Positions 13,540 to 25,876 are shown, counted from the first letter of the stretch. The stretch: DNA of 64,000 nucleotides from Guillardia theta CCMP2712 (GCF_000315625.1 NW_005434464.1:6181-70180), one strand, 5' to 3'. Numbers and translations: made by a program. Notes: generated by a model not told the origin, from the letters alone.

Positions 13540-16500
13540 TTTTAAAAAAACTTTTACTCAAAGTTAAGTTAAAGATCAGTACGAGGACAATCAGGAGAGT
13601 CGAGGAGGCTTGACCCTGACACTGTCGCACAGGCCAAACGGCGAGAAGAGAAAAGACAGCGAGAACCAAACCTAAACCTGCCGACTGCTGTCCCCCAAAC
13701 TTAACTGATACCTTCACTTAACGGCGCGCAGGACAAGTCCCCGCGCGGCCATGCCAGCGATGTCGCGGTGGCCGCCGCCGAAGGAATGAGACGCATACCG
13801 GGATGCACCCGCGATGATGGCAGCGTAGGACAGGGAGGCCTTGAGCTGACGGAAGACCCTGGACCGAATGCGTTTGCAAGTCGGATCACCTGAGACGTCT
13901 TGCGAGGCCGAGAGACCATCCAGCGCTGCCGTTTCCTTGTTCGCCGAGCGATCCGCCAGCCACCACAGAAAGCGCAACGCATCGTCCTGCAAGAGGCCAT
14001 CAGTGCTGGCGATGATGGGAAGAAAGGCCTTTGGCGGGACGTGCTGAGCATATGCATTACGATGCCCTCGGATCTTCCGCTGTGCTGCCGCTTGCAGTTT
14101 GCTCCGAGCGAGGTCCGGTATTCCATCATTGTCAAAAACATGTGACATGCTGAAGTCCAGGATTAACCCATGCCATCCGCCGCCAGTAGCCATCAGTTGT
14201 GGAAGTTCAAAGTCCCCTACATGATGATCTTCAGGGCCATGTTCAAGAAACGTTCTGCCTGGTGCCGGGTACGCCTTGCACGTGGACGCGGCATCTCACT
14301 CCGGAATCTTTGATGAGGGTACTGAGGACGGCATTGCACTTCTCATGCGCATCAGTCCATAACTGGCTGCGGTGCCTGCAGGTTGCCATGTGTGTGGTCC
14401 CCCCAGGATGACGAAGAAGATGATGGCATCGATCGCAGTGCGGCGGGAGGTCAACCGGCAATCCATGAAGAAACTTGTCAGCGGCAGCCACCAAGCTGAT
14501 GGGCTGCTGCTCAAAGATCCCAAGGTTTGTACTTTCCATAGTCGAGTGCCAAATCGTGCGCTGAGGGGTAAACTGAGACAGAAGTTCATCAACCGGGTGG
14601 CCTGGTACTCGAAGGGGAGTAGAGAAGCTGGAGTGGTGTGCCAACAAAGATCTCTGGCGCTCTGAAAGGTGAGCCCGAATACTGCGGAACCGGGGAAACT
14701 CCGAGAGGAACTGAGCCGTGAGCTCCCGCTGGGCGGGCCGATGAAAAGCGCACTGCCCGACGTCCCAAATAATTCAGGCGAGGGGATCCAGCCATTGTCG
14801 CACGCCTGAGGAAGCTCCGCCAAGGAGGTGTACGCCGAGATGCCCTGCTCCATCAAGTGCCTGTGAGTGTCCAAGAAGGCAGCAAGCATGGGGACAACAT
14901 CCCCAGCGTCCGCTTGCTGCGGTTGGCGGATTCGAAGCTCAGTGTCAGAATTGATCCGGTGGAAGAGTGGCGGTGTAGGGAAAGTCCAATGCTGGAAGAT
15001 GGCAATTTCACCCGCCCATTTGAGAAACTTGGCAGTCGCCGACCAGAATGCGGTGTAGGCCACGCCCTCCTGCGGGGTGAACCCATCTCCTCCAGCACTA
15101 TAAGGCAACTGACGTTTGAAGTAGGCGAACTGAAGGTCAGATGGAGGGGTGCCAGGGGCAGGTTGCAGGACAGATGAACCCTCCTGTGCCTGGTTCTGTG
15201 GCCACTGAAACACCTTCGCCAGGAGACGGAGATTCGCGACGTCAAAGCACTTGCACTGGGCAGCGGTCAAGGCCGGGGAGATTCCACGCAAGAAATATTG
15301 GAGGGTGGGAACGTGGGTCGTTTTCAAGAGCTGCTTGAGACCCAACGCAATGGGAAATTGTTCCAACTGGGTCAATTCAGCATTGAGGGCATTCACCTTG
15401 GCAGTGATAAACTCTTGCTGGAAGGACTGAGATCCTATCGGGATACCTCCCAGGATGATCCCCTGGCCGCGGAAGGCAAACTGCTGCAAGCCCGGGTACC
15501 TACTGCAAATATGCTCTTGGATGGCTTGTTGCTGACTAGATTGAAGTTCACACCAGGACGAGGAGAATATCTGCGAATCCCTGGGTTGAATCTCCAATCC
15601 TAGCTCTTGTTTTAAAGTATCAACCAGCGATGCAGTAGCCTGTGCGGCAACTGAGAGCTTTCCAATAACAGCCATGTTATCCGCATAGGCCGGGAAGACA
15701 CAGTCGGGAAAGGTCTCTGCGACTTTGACCAGGGAAGGGAAGGTGGTGTGCGCAAAGAGAGCCATCGCCAAGGGGTCCCCCTGAGAAACTCCCGTGGTGG
15801 CCGAAAAAGCCCGAGTCTCTCGCTGATGTTTCAGAAATAACTTACCTGCCTGGCCATAATATTGATGAACATACGGAAGGACTCCTTGGGAAAAGTTCTC
15901 ACAACGATGCTCGGGAGCAAGGAGGATGTCAAATAGCCGTTGGCGAGAGATCTCATTGAAGGCATTTCTTGCGTCGATCATGATGATTACCGTGGGATCA
16001 AAATTATCAGACTCACCTTCGCCCTGGTCTGTGAATGGGTTGGCAAAAGAATGGGGTCCTAACAGGCATTCGATGGTCTTGCAGAATTTGAGACAACCTT
16101 CCTCCAGACCCACGCAAAATTGCAGGACCCGAGAGTGACTGAGGGTGAAGTGGCTCTCCAAAGATTTTCGGTAGAAACGACAGAAGATGCTAGACACAAT
16201 CCTTCGCTCCAGGTCCCCTATCACAATAGGTCGGATTCCGCTCTTTTCCACTGACTTGGCAGCAGGAATGAATCGCCCCCCTCTGGTGTATTCCTCGAGG
16301 AAAGCGCCCGAAGGGATTCCCAGCGCGATCGGCTTCAATATGAGGTTAATGTATCGCTGTTTGTGATCATCATGCAGTCTGAGAATGTGTCGCAGGTGCT
16401 GGAACGGTCGCCAACCAAATTGATCAGGGGCCGAGGAAGCAGTGAATCGCCGCAGGAATTTCCCTACCTCTCGCTGATCTAAAATCTTGTCAAGCAATGA

Positions 16501-17990
16501 GGCCGGTTCATCGGCGATGGCATCGTCGAGCTGAGCACTTAGCATTTGCCTTGAGGAGCCGACTGCGTCTAGGAGCGTTGGAGGAATGGGTTCCAGTCTC
16601 GTCGGAAATTTCTCACGAGTTTGCTGCCATAGCTGCTCAAATGGATCTGGGGAGAGGCCATGGCCCACAAGCGCCTGTCGAGCTTTCTTCATATCCCGAT
16701 TTTGGTAATGCTCAACAGCCGAGAGGATTTTCTTTTTCTCCAACTGCTCGCTCTCCATCACTGGCTGCTGCACGCCCGCTCTCGCACGGTCAGGTCCTTG
16801 TGGGCGACCTGCATTTTGACGGTTAGGTTGTTGGCGCCTACCTTGCGGTGCCCGCGGTCTCGTGCCTCGTCCCGACCCAGTTAGTCCCGCCGTGGGCTGC
16901 TGCGTGACATCCTGCGGATCTCCACCGCTGCCAACCGCTGGGCCGTCTTGGTCAAAAGAAACACCCTCTTCTAGTTTCAGCAATGTCTCCCAACGCCCTT
17001 GGAGGAAATGGTGGATACGGTAGCTCACATCTCGGTTTTGTCGCGAGATTGCAAGAACTGGATTCACTCTCAGCAGGAGCAGTGGGAGACAATGCCACAA
17101 GCTCCGGATAATCTTAGCTTCCTCGCAATGCAAGTCAGGGTAACCTTGTAGCAGGTCTAACGTAAACTGTAGCGCACTCTTCCATTTATCAATCGTCTGG
17201 CGATTGGGGTGTTTGATGGTTGTAATGGAAGGATTACGAGCCAGGAGTGCCGGAAGCTTATGTGGTCCCTGTTGAGCAAAGAGAGGGAGGGCTCTGTGCC
17301 AATTCGACGTACCACAAGGCATGTCTTGCGGACGCAGATTATGAAAGTAAGCCGCTGCGCTAGATTGCGTGCCAGGGTCTTCTGGGAAAAGATTTGCCGG
17401 TTGAGGAGGGGGCGGTGGGGGTGTAGGATTGACCGTAGGCTGATCGGTGGGTGTCCTCTGGGAGATGGATCGGCGAAATCTTGCCTGCTTCCGAGGTCTT
17501 TGGTTCCCCGAACCTCCTCCAGATCCGGGCAGCGGCGGAGGAGGCAAAGTCATCCTGCGGACTCTCAGTGAGACGCTGCAGAACGAGATTGCCCTTCCAG
17601 CATGTCAGGAGTCCGTAGGGGTTCCTGCTGTGAGCGGGGCTCAGAGTCAGAGGAGCTCTCTTGGGACACAAGGCCTGTATGAGGAAAGTGGGACGACGAG
17701 CCCGGCGTGCCAGTCAGTAGAGGATCAACAACAGAACTGTGATGACGGAGGATGGCAGGCCGCTTGTGCCGCGCCATGATGTCTCACAGTGATGATGGAA
17801 GTGAGAGCGGATCTTCACGCTTCCCTTGTCGCGGTTCCCTCGCTCTCGCCGTCACTGCCCACCGAAATGAAAGTGGCGAGTAGGCGCATTTCCCCTCAGT
17901 ACACGCCATTTCAAAAAGCCACTGGCATGACGGCCGTGACTGCGTCCCATTTGCATGCACTTAATTGTAATGAAACGTGAGGAGACAACT
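13540..17990 (-). mobile_element. Non-LTR retrotransposon of the RLE class, CRE/SLACS-like; near full length but frameshifted
   Basis: RT motifs SAPDQFGW, GIRPIVIGDLERR, IDARNAFNEISRQ, GVSQGDPLAMALF, YADN, ILGGIPIGS. Downstream CCHC knuckle (CDRC..H..TC) and restriction-like endonuclease region (HVGDFE...ILDFSMSH...RK...Y...FLPIIASTDG). 3' end marked by a T7A7 tract near 13537-13550. Boundaries approximate. Confidence 0.85.
13714..17553 (-). pseudogene. RT-zinc knuckle-RLE polyprotein with two compensating frameshifts (about 14730 and about 14245)
   Basis: The family-like sequence QRELTAQF..LSERQRSLL..LHGLPV..CDRC..H..TC lies in the frame of ORF 14243-14647, while the RT (14296-17553) and endonuclease (13714-14193) ORFs share another frame. 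Confidence 0.75.
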
Positions 17991-18050
17991 TTTTGCGAAT
18001 AAATCATAATTTTTATCTGTTTTGCGAATAAATCATTATTTTTATCTGTT
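17991..18050. repeat. About 29-30 bp tandem duplication at the left edge of the AT-rich island
   Basis: TTTGCGAATAAATCATWATTTTTATCTGT occurs twice in tandem. Confidence 0.85.
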
Positions 18051-18684
18051 TTTATAAATCAATTTATAATTTCAATGATTTTTATATTCAATCAAAAAAT
18101 CTGTTCATTGCTCTTTATTTTCCTTACCAAATCCCTATCATATTTTATTCAATTGAAATAATAGCTGCGCATTGGTGCGGATTATCACACAAAATAACCA
18201 AAAACAAACGAGCGCACCCACGGAGTGGGCCAGAGCCAAAACATAATATTAATTAAAATTATGAATCCTTCAAGGATCATATAAGTAATAAAAAAACCAA
18301 TGTGGGGTGAAACCGCAAAATATTAAACACGTTGTTTTTGCGAACCCCCCTAAGTAACAAAATAATCTATCCCCGCCGCCACCCTCCGCCCCCTCCGCCT
18401 CTACCCCCCGCCTATTTCACATAACGGCTTAATTTTTCTTTTCTTTTTTTTTTCCGCTCTATTACATGCTTAATTTATTTGGCGGGGGGGACGGGGGGGA
18501 AAACTCCATTTTTCCATAGCTATATATATATGCCCACATGCCGGATGGTCTAAATATATTTATCCTCAAAATCACGATTTTACCCCCCGCCCCCCCCGCC
18601 TTACGTCTATTTACCCTACGTTTACCATTCTTTCACACTCCACCACATCCAAAACATGGGGGGAGGGACCCACCCGCCTACCTC

Positions 18685-18816
18685 NNNNNNNNNNNNNNNN
18701 NNNNNNNNNNNNNNNNNNNNNNNNNNNNNNNNNNNNNNNNNNNNNNNNNNNNNNNNNNNNNNNNNNNNNNNNNNNNNNNNNNNNNNNNNNNNNNNNNNNN
18801 NNNNNNNNNNNNNNNN
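18685..18816. other. Assembly gap (N run)
   Basis: Run of Ns; the upstream homopolymer-rich sequence looks like a low-quality read end. Confidence 0.99.
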
Positions 18817-18825
18817 TTATTATAA

Positions 18826-21800
18826 ATGTCTTGTGACAATAGATATCAAAATTTATATCAGTATGTCGGCACTACTAATAACACAACTCTCACGCCTATT
18901 TTTAATAAAATAAATTCAAATATCAATGTCTTGTATAGCAATGTAGATATCCTTAATCATCAGACATCCGAACTATTTCAGAAGACTAATGATCTAGAAA
19001 TTATCACCATTGAAACAAGTAATAACTTGATAGAAACTAATGATTTACTACTTATTACTAGTAATAATTTAATTGAAACAAGCAATATATTATTTAACAC
19101 ATCAAATTTTGTTCTAGATCTGCAATCTCTTATCAAATATAATGCTGATACCAATGAAACCATTATAACAAACAACAATAAAAATATATTATATGTCAAA
19201 TATCAGACTAACCCTAATAAATATATCATTAAATTCACACTTGAAAACGGCTCGTTTATTACAATTCAACAGATTAAACAACAATTAGATGATTTAAACA
19301 ACAATGCTGCCGCGCAAGAAACCGCAAATGCTGCCCAATCCTTAGAAGATTTGGACGATACGGCTGAAAATGGTTTTAATTTATTCAATGGGTTGGGCGA
19401 AATTGTTAAGGGGGGTCTTGCAATTGGAACGGGCTTCATTGGGGGATTGATAGCGTCAGGAACAAGCACATCAAAAGCCGACGGTTTATTTATTCTCTCG
19501 TGGATTAATGTTTTAAGATTATCATTAGGTGTTGTTATTTCTGTTCTTGAAGATGAGGTTATAAATACTAAATTACAAGGTAGAGTCATTAAAATATATT
19601 CTAGGAATCTCACAGATGGTCACAAGCTTGATTTAGTCCCTAATCAGGCATTTATATATGACGACACTTATAAAACGCTTGTTATTGATGGACAAGAACA
19701 AACAGTTTTAGACGAAAGAAATATTGTTTTTCAAGGTGAAGAAGTTATAACATTAGGCAATGAATTAACACAAGATGAATTAAATGAATTTGTATTTGGT
19801 AGCAATTATGCACTGCAAACATTAAAGCAATATAAAACAATATTCAAAGGTAAAACTCTTTTTATTGATGATATTGTTGTCCCTAATATCTATGACAAAA
19901 ATGAGATAGATGATATAATTGATAATACATCGAACATATTATATAATCACATATACGATGAGTCAAATGTACTATTTGATCATATATTGACTGAGTCCAA
20001 TATACTATTCAACAAAATATATGAAGAATCAAATGTATTATATAATCACATAAGAACAAAACATACAGCTAGCACACTCATAAACGATATCAGCCCTAAC
20101 TTTATAGGCAATCTTTATTTCAATGACAATCAAGAATGGGAAATATCAAGAGATTTTTACACAAAACAGCAGGGATTAGATACATTTCTATCATATCAAA
20201 ATCTGGCAAGCTCAAACTTCCTAAAAACGGATGTCTATGCAAATTATCTCAATAGCTCTAATTTCCTAAAAACTGATGCCTACACAAATTTTATCAATAG
20301 CTCAAATTATGTCAATCAAACCCAAATGGCAAATCAATTTGCTCTAATTGGCGAATCATTCACAACAAAAAAGCTTACTGTTACGGGTCCTGATAGTCTA
20401 TATATAGCCGATATCTTCCTTAAATTACAGGGAAATCAATTGATACCACCAAATCTTATTAAAAATCAATTGAATGATACATACACAGTCACTTATGATA
20501 ATTGGGACTTTTGGAGTGGTGGTTCTCCCTATGAAACAGTGCCAACATATCCAGCACAAGATAGGGAATGGGTAAGGTATTCTTTCGCTAATAGAACAAC
20601 TGCCATCCCAGACAATTTTTATATCGAATGTTTTGACATTAGTTTTACGAATAAATTCTCTATCTATTTTTATTATCAATTTATACCTAGTACAAATTTT
20701 ATGAACCGCAAATATTACAGCGGCAAATACAATCTTTTCAATTACTATTTAGGTGGTTTAACGACCGAGAATATACCTAATAATAGAGGGTTTATTTGTT
20801 ATCTAGATTATCAAATAACACAAGATGGCTCGCTAAATATTACCAACATATCTCTTGATTTAGTGTTTGAGATATTTTATAAGAATAATAACAACGTTTT
20901 GAGCTATGAGAAGAAGACCATAAATATAAATGATTTTGCTTATGTTTATCAAAATATTGGAGGTCCTGTTTTTAGTGTTCAAAATAGTCGCATCGCTGAA
21001 CTAAATTTTTATTGCTTTGTTCTACGTGAAGATGGAACCATATTTTATACAATACGCAATCAATTTGAATTGAAGATTGAGGGGACAACGCAAATAACAA
21101 ATTTTAAAGAGTTATATAATGTCAATGATAATAATCATTTTAGAATAATAGACCACGAGCAAGGGCCAACAGGTCAAGAGGCTATAAATTATTCTAATAA
21201 ACTTGATTTAATAGCAATAAGCAAATCTATATCTTGGACACTTGAGACCATAAATCTATTTTGGACTGAGAACAAGTATTCTGATGCTATCAATCAGATA
21301 TTTAACAACGATTTATCGGCAAAGATTAGCGGTAAATTAGAGGTTGATTTTATAGATATTAAAAGGGGTAATCTTAGCGTTATAGATTTGAGCACGCAAA
21401 CGGTTGTAGCTCAAAACATGTCTGTGCAAAATGTTGATATATCAACAGTTGCCACAAGCCTTATCACAAGTGGTGGAGTTGGTAGGAGGAGTTTATCTCT
21501 AGGAGGAACAACGGCAGTCACAAAGGTGACTGATATATATGATGACCAAAATAGAACCGGAATTGTTAAGATAGCATATGATAATACAACACAACAAAAC
21601 ATATCAACAATAGAAAATTTTCAATTAAACTTTACAAATACAAAAGACGGGAATGTTTCAATTACATTAGATAATTATAATGATGTTAACATTGCCTTGC
21701 CTGATGGTATAGCAGGGCCACAAGGCGCAACAGGACCGCAAGGAGCAACAGGACCGCAACTTGACTGAGGAGCAACAGGACCACAAGGCGCAACAGGACC

Positions 21801-23637
21801 GCAAGGAGCAACAGGACCGCAAGGAGCAACAGGACCACAAGGAGCAACAGGACCACAAGGAGCAACAGGACCACAAGGAGCAACAGGACCACAAGGCGCA
21901 ACAGGACCACAAGGCGCAACAGGGCCCCAAGGCGCAATAGGACCCCAAGGCGCAACAGGAGCACAAGGACCAGCAGGCACAAACTGCCCTGAGATTGTCT
22001 TTTTAGATAGTCAAAATAATGAGCTTTTAAGATTTGGCGATTCAATCGTTTCAACTCAAAGCGTTATATTGCCTAGCACAGGCGTAGAATCATATAACTT
22101 TGACCCTGCGCAATTCATAGTCAATCAAACAAATGATGTGTCAATATATGACCACATTCAAATAGAGACATATAATCAAACAAATACAGCTTTATATTTA
22201 ACGTTATCAAATAGAACTGTATCAATTAATTTCCAAGATAAGTTCTATGATAATGTTATAATAAATACCGATGCTTATAATTTTCAATATTCTAGCAGTG
22301 GTACTAGTTATTTAAACCCTAGTATCGAATATACTGGTCCAATTCCTGATATAGCTTGGTACAAATTTGATGATTCTTTGGCTGATACTTTATCCCTAAA
22401 ACCTGATGTACAAATAGCTTATGGCGGTCATTCATTTGCGTCTCATACAGTAAAAACAAATAAAAAAAGTCTCTCTCTCGATACTATTAATATTGATGGG
22501 TTGGCATATACAAAATGGAATAATGGATATGCTAATTATGGCAATGACCCTATTAATTCTGTTGGTGTAGCGATTAACATTTCTAATTCTTGGAATAATT
22601 CAGAGGACAGATTTGCTGTTGAATATATAGGATATTTTTATACAAATGATTTGTCTGGTGTGTTCACATTTTATACGAACAGTGATGATGAAAGCTATCT
22701 TTGGGTCACTGTAGGAGATACAGAAACATTAGTCGTTAATAATGGTGGAACTCATGGCACACAAGAGCGGTCAGGAACTATCTTTTTAGAAAGAGCATAT
22801 CAATATCATCGAATAAGAATAAGATTCAGTGAAAACACTGGAGGGAGTTCATTGACTGTGTCTTTCTCACATCCATTCAAGACAAAGACAACTGTAGGTT
22901 TAGGTTTTTATTACAATGTTTTAAATACAATTGTAAAATTGCCATCAATAGATTATAATGGTTTTTTTACGTGTTCTTTTTGGTTGTATATCAAAAGCTA
23001 TGATGCTTATAACGGTAATACTATCATCGATTTAAACAGTGGTATAAATATAAATAGTGGTGGGGCTTATGGTATCAGAATATATATAATTTCAGGACAA
23101 ATAGCCGTAGAAGTTAATTATTCGACATCTGCTGTATCATATTTTTACTATAATTTAAATAGGTGGGACCATTACACAATAACAATTGGAGGCGCTGGTA
23201 TCATTTTATATCAAAATGGAATTCCTTTTCAAACAAATATACCAACATCATATTTACAAAGTATGACTTGGTATAAATCTTTACTTGGAAACATCTATCC
23301 ATCAAAGGGTAATTTTCAAAGTTTGCAATCGTACTATCAAGATTTAAGATTTTTTAATAGAGAATTGACTCAGAATGAAGTAAGAGATATAATTGGATAT
23401 AATGGTGTTGGTTCATTGAGCGTTAAAGAGACAATTCTTCCATATACTAATGCCGAGATTGAAAATAAGATTGATAACAAGATAGATAATATTGTTATTC
23501 CAACAGGTTATTCAGATATAAACACAGCAGCCTACCTTGATTCTATAAACAATGCTTTGATAAGTGACATTCCGACATCATTTGATTATGATACTCAAAT
23601 AACTGGAAAGCCTGATTTATTTGTCGGAAGATACTGA
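18826..23637 (+). pseudogene. Virus-like fibre/adhesin protein, about 1600 codons (TSN repeats, collagen GXY, LamG, PA14), interrupted by one in-frame TGA at 21766-21768 and probably 3'-truncated
   Basis: ORFs 18826-21768 and 22069-23637 are in the same frame and the interval reads open as (GATGPQ)n then [14 protein letters not shown]14: [36 protein letters not shown]. LamG: [41 protein letters not shown]. Confidence 0.75.
21706..21978 (+). repeat. Collagen-coding 18-bp minisatellite (GGA/C GCA ACA GGA CCA/G CAA)
   Basis: Tandem GATGPQ units seen directly. Confidence 0.92.
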
Positions 23638-23672
23638 CATTCAATACTATTGAATGTCAGTATCTTCCGACA
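23622..23672. repeat. Perfect palindrome, 25-bp arms with a 1-nt centre
   Basis: TGTCGGAAGATACTGACATTCAATA-C-TATTGAATGTCAGTATCTTCCGACA. Confidence 0.97.
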
Positions 23673-23942
23673 CTGTGCAACTTCCATGTTGGCAGTGACA
23701 CTCGGACGGCGCCGCGGGCGTGACTCATGATCGGACGCCGCCGGCGCCGGGCCTCGGAAGGGTGGCCTGAGCCACCAGATACCGTACGCCGATATCGCTC
23801 ATCATCTCACCCCATCCTCGTCCTGGCACGTCTCCGTTGACTGACGCTTTTGTAACGGGGTAGTCAGTTGATACCTTTGCTCTGTCTCTTGCGCATCATT
23901 TTTTTGCGGACAGTCCTTTTGAGAGACTCCCGAAACAACTTT

Positions 23943-25450
23943 TTACAAGAGTTTTTCTTGCTTTGTTTGCGTGCGCATGTTTTGTTTGTTTTGCTGCACT
24001 GGGCCGTGCCAGACGCGGGAGGAAAGTGGGGTATGAGGGCATTCCGAGAGATTCGGATTTAAACAATCATTCGTAGCAGTGCCACGAAGAACTGAAAGCT
24101 CTTCTAGCAGATACCTTTCACAATCCTGTCTCAAGCAGCACCTCTGCTTAGTTTGCCGCAGCCTTGTCTCGTCGCGTTTGACCTTCCTGGCAGTTTCAAC
24201 AGATGTTCCGAGTTCTCAGTACGGGCTTGAAGGATCACAGAGACCTGCCGAGCGTGACAGAGAATAAAACTCATCATTCGGAGTCATCTTTCCATGTAGT
24301 GACTTCAGCAGCCGTGCGGTATTCTCAAGCCCAAATATCGAGCAGGTTCGCAAACACTGTAGCGACCAGACCTGAAGCAGTGGTCGTAGTGCGTACGTGG
24401 AGGTTTTCTTCTTCGAGTCAGCAGCTTTGCCAGTATATCCCCTTCTCCGCCGAGCCACCTGAGACAGCAAGAAGTTGACTGCTTCCGAATCCTCACTTGA
24501 AACCTCCAAGTCGTGAAGCTGCAGTGACACCCCGTCAGCTCATTGTATAGCCGTGCTACTCGTCCGTGGTCGCTTTCACATCGGGTCTTTCAGCTTTGAT
24601 TGCATCCTTTCGACGCACTCGGCTGGCATGCTGACTAAGACGAAGAGCGTTCGCTAATCTGCCATCAGCGTAAGAGACGAGGAGGAATCGGACGATTTCA
24701 TACTCAGCTTTCTGTATCGCTCTCTCCGCTTTATCCATAATCTGATTGCTGTAACTTGTATCAGCAATGTCTTATCAGATCCATTTCACTCCCACACTCA
24801 CGGAGTCTCTTTTGCTGTGTGCTGCCGCATAGCTCGGATCCACATGTTTGCATCCCCACTGCTCTTTGCCTGCTATGCAGTCATTGGTCTACCTTCACAT
24901 CCTTCGAGAATGACCTGCATGATATAATGCCGTCCAGAAGCTGTTCGCACTTGGAAAGAACTACAACAAGTATCATGAGCAGTGCAGGACAACAGGGAGC
25001 ATGTGGTTGTTACTTCGATTGTTCTGTGTTCCTCCATCTCGCACCATCCGACACCACCTGCGAGCAACGTCATCTGCAGCCTCGCGAGCGCCACCATACA
25101 GCTTCCTCCAGGTGGATCGACTGGCCGGGCTTGGGGGAATCAGGGGACTCAAAGAGCCACAATCTGTCCTCCTTCAGGACGCACCATCTCCTCATGCCGG
25201 ACCCGTCAGGCATCTCCCGCACAAGCAAGTATCCTCGAGACTGTCCAAGACCGACCTGAAGACACCACGGCATGTCAGGAGAGATCAGGTCCTTCCTTTA
25301 TGCTTCCATGCTGCTCAACTCGGACAAAAGCTCGTCAGTACCTGAGTCAGAGTGAGCGCCGGACCAGCATCATTGTGATGCCGCTTCAGAAGCTCTCTGG
25401 ACTCTCCTCCCGATCCGAAGAGTTGCATGCTTGCCAGAACTACAGCGGGA
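23943..25450 (-). CDS. PH-domain-containing protein (multi-exon, structure unresolved)
   Basis: Exon RGYLLVREMPDGSGMRRWCVLKEDRLWLFESPDSPKPGQSIHL matches PH beta1-beta4 pattern; helical coding-like fragments downstream. Confidence 0.45.
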
Positions 25451-25876
25451 CCTTGAGACCTGTGTGGACTAGGAGTGACCATGACGCAGGGACGCAAGTG
25501 TAAATGCAAAGGAATAGAATCTCCAACCAAAGAGAAGAACAAGGAAGAGAACAGATGCGAAGCCATCAATGAATCCGCTTGTTACTGGTAGCCTCGTTTT
25601 CCTCCCTCCCCCTACCCCCCCTCCCTCGCCCTCGCCCTCGCCTTCCCTTCCTCTCAATGCATGATGTGCTTTGTTCGCTAGAAACAGATTTAAATGTATT
25701 TAGAATTAAAACTACTTGTAGCTATGAGGTACACCATATCCTCAGATTTGGTACTATAATATAACTATATACAACTGAGCTCTCTAATGCTAAAATGTCG
25801 GTTCAATTTTAAATCATAGTATGAGTACCGGCTCTCCTCTAGTCCCCAAGTGGAGGATCTGCATGGCGCCCAATCA

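Larger units (their letters stand above)
17990..23672. mobile_element. AT-rich virus-like insertion (endogenous viral element fragment; Polinton-like virus, virophage or NCLDV type unresolved)
   Basis: Abrupt compositional shift at both edges; intronless Asn/Ile/Thr-rich ORFs with TSN/ESN repeats, collagen, PA14 and LamG modules. No capsid, ATPase or polymerase gene visible. Confidence 0.6.

Noticed and set aside
13554-13720. Possible snRNA or spliced-leader target at the retroelement end
   Set aside because: No match by eye to U2 or other snRNA consensus; better explained as the element's 3' UTR.
18240-18684. C/G/T homopolymer-rich stretch and short ORFs before the gap
   Set aside because: Looks like low-quality sequence beside an N run; not interpretable.
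21667-22054. Cys-rich (WSCCSL)n and (CGPVAP)n minus-strand ORFs
   Set aside because: Antisense frames of the collagen repeat.
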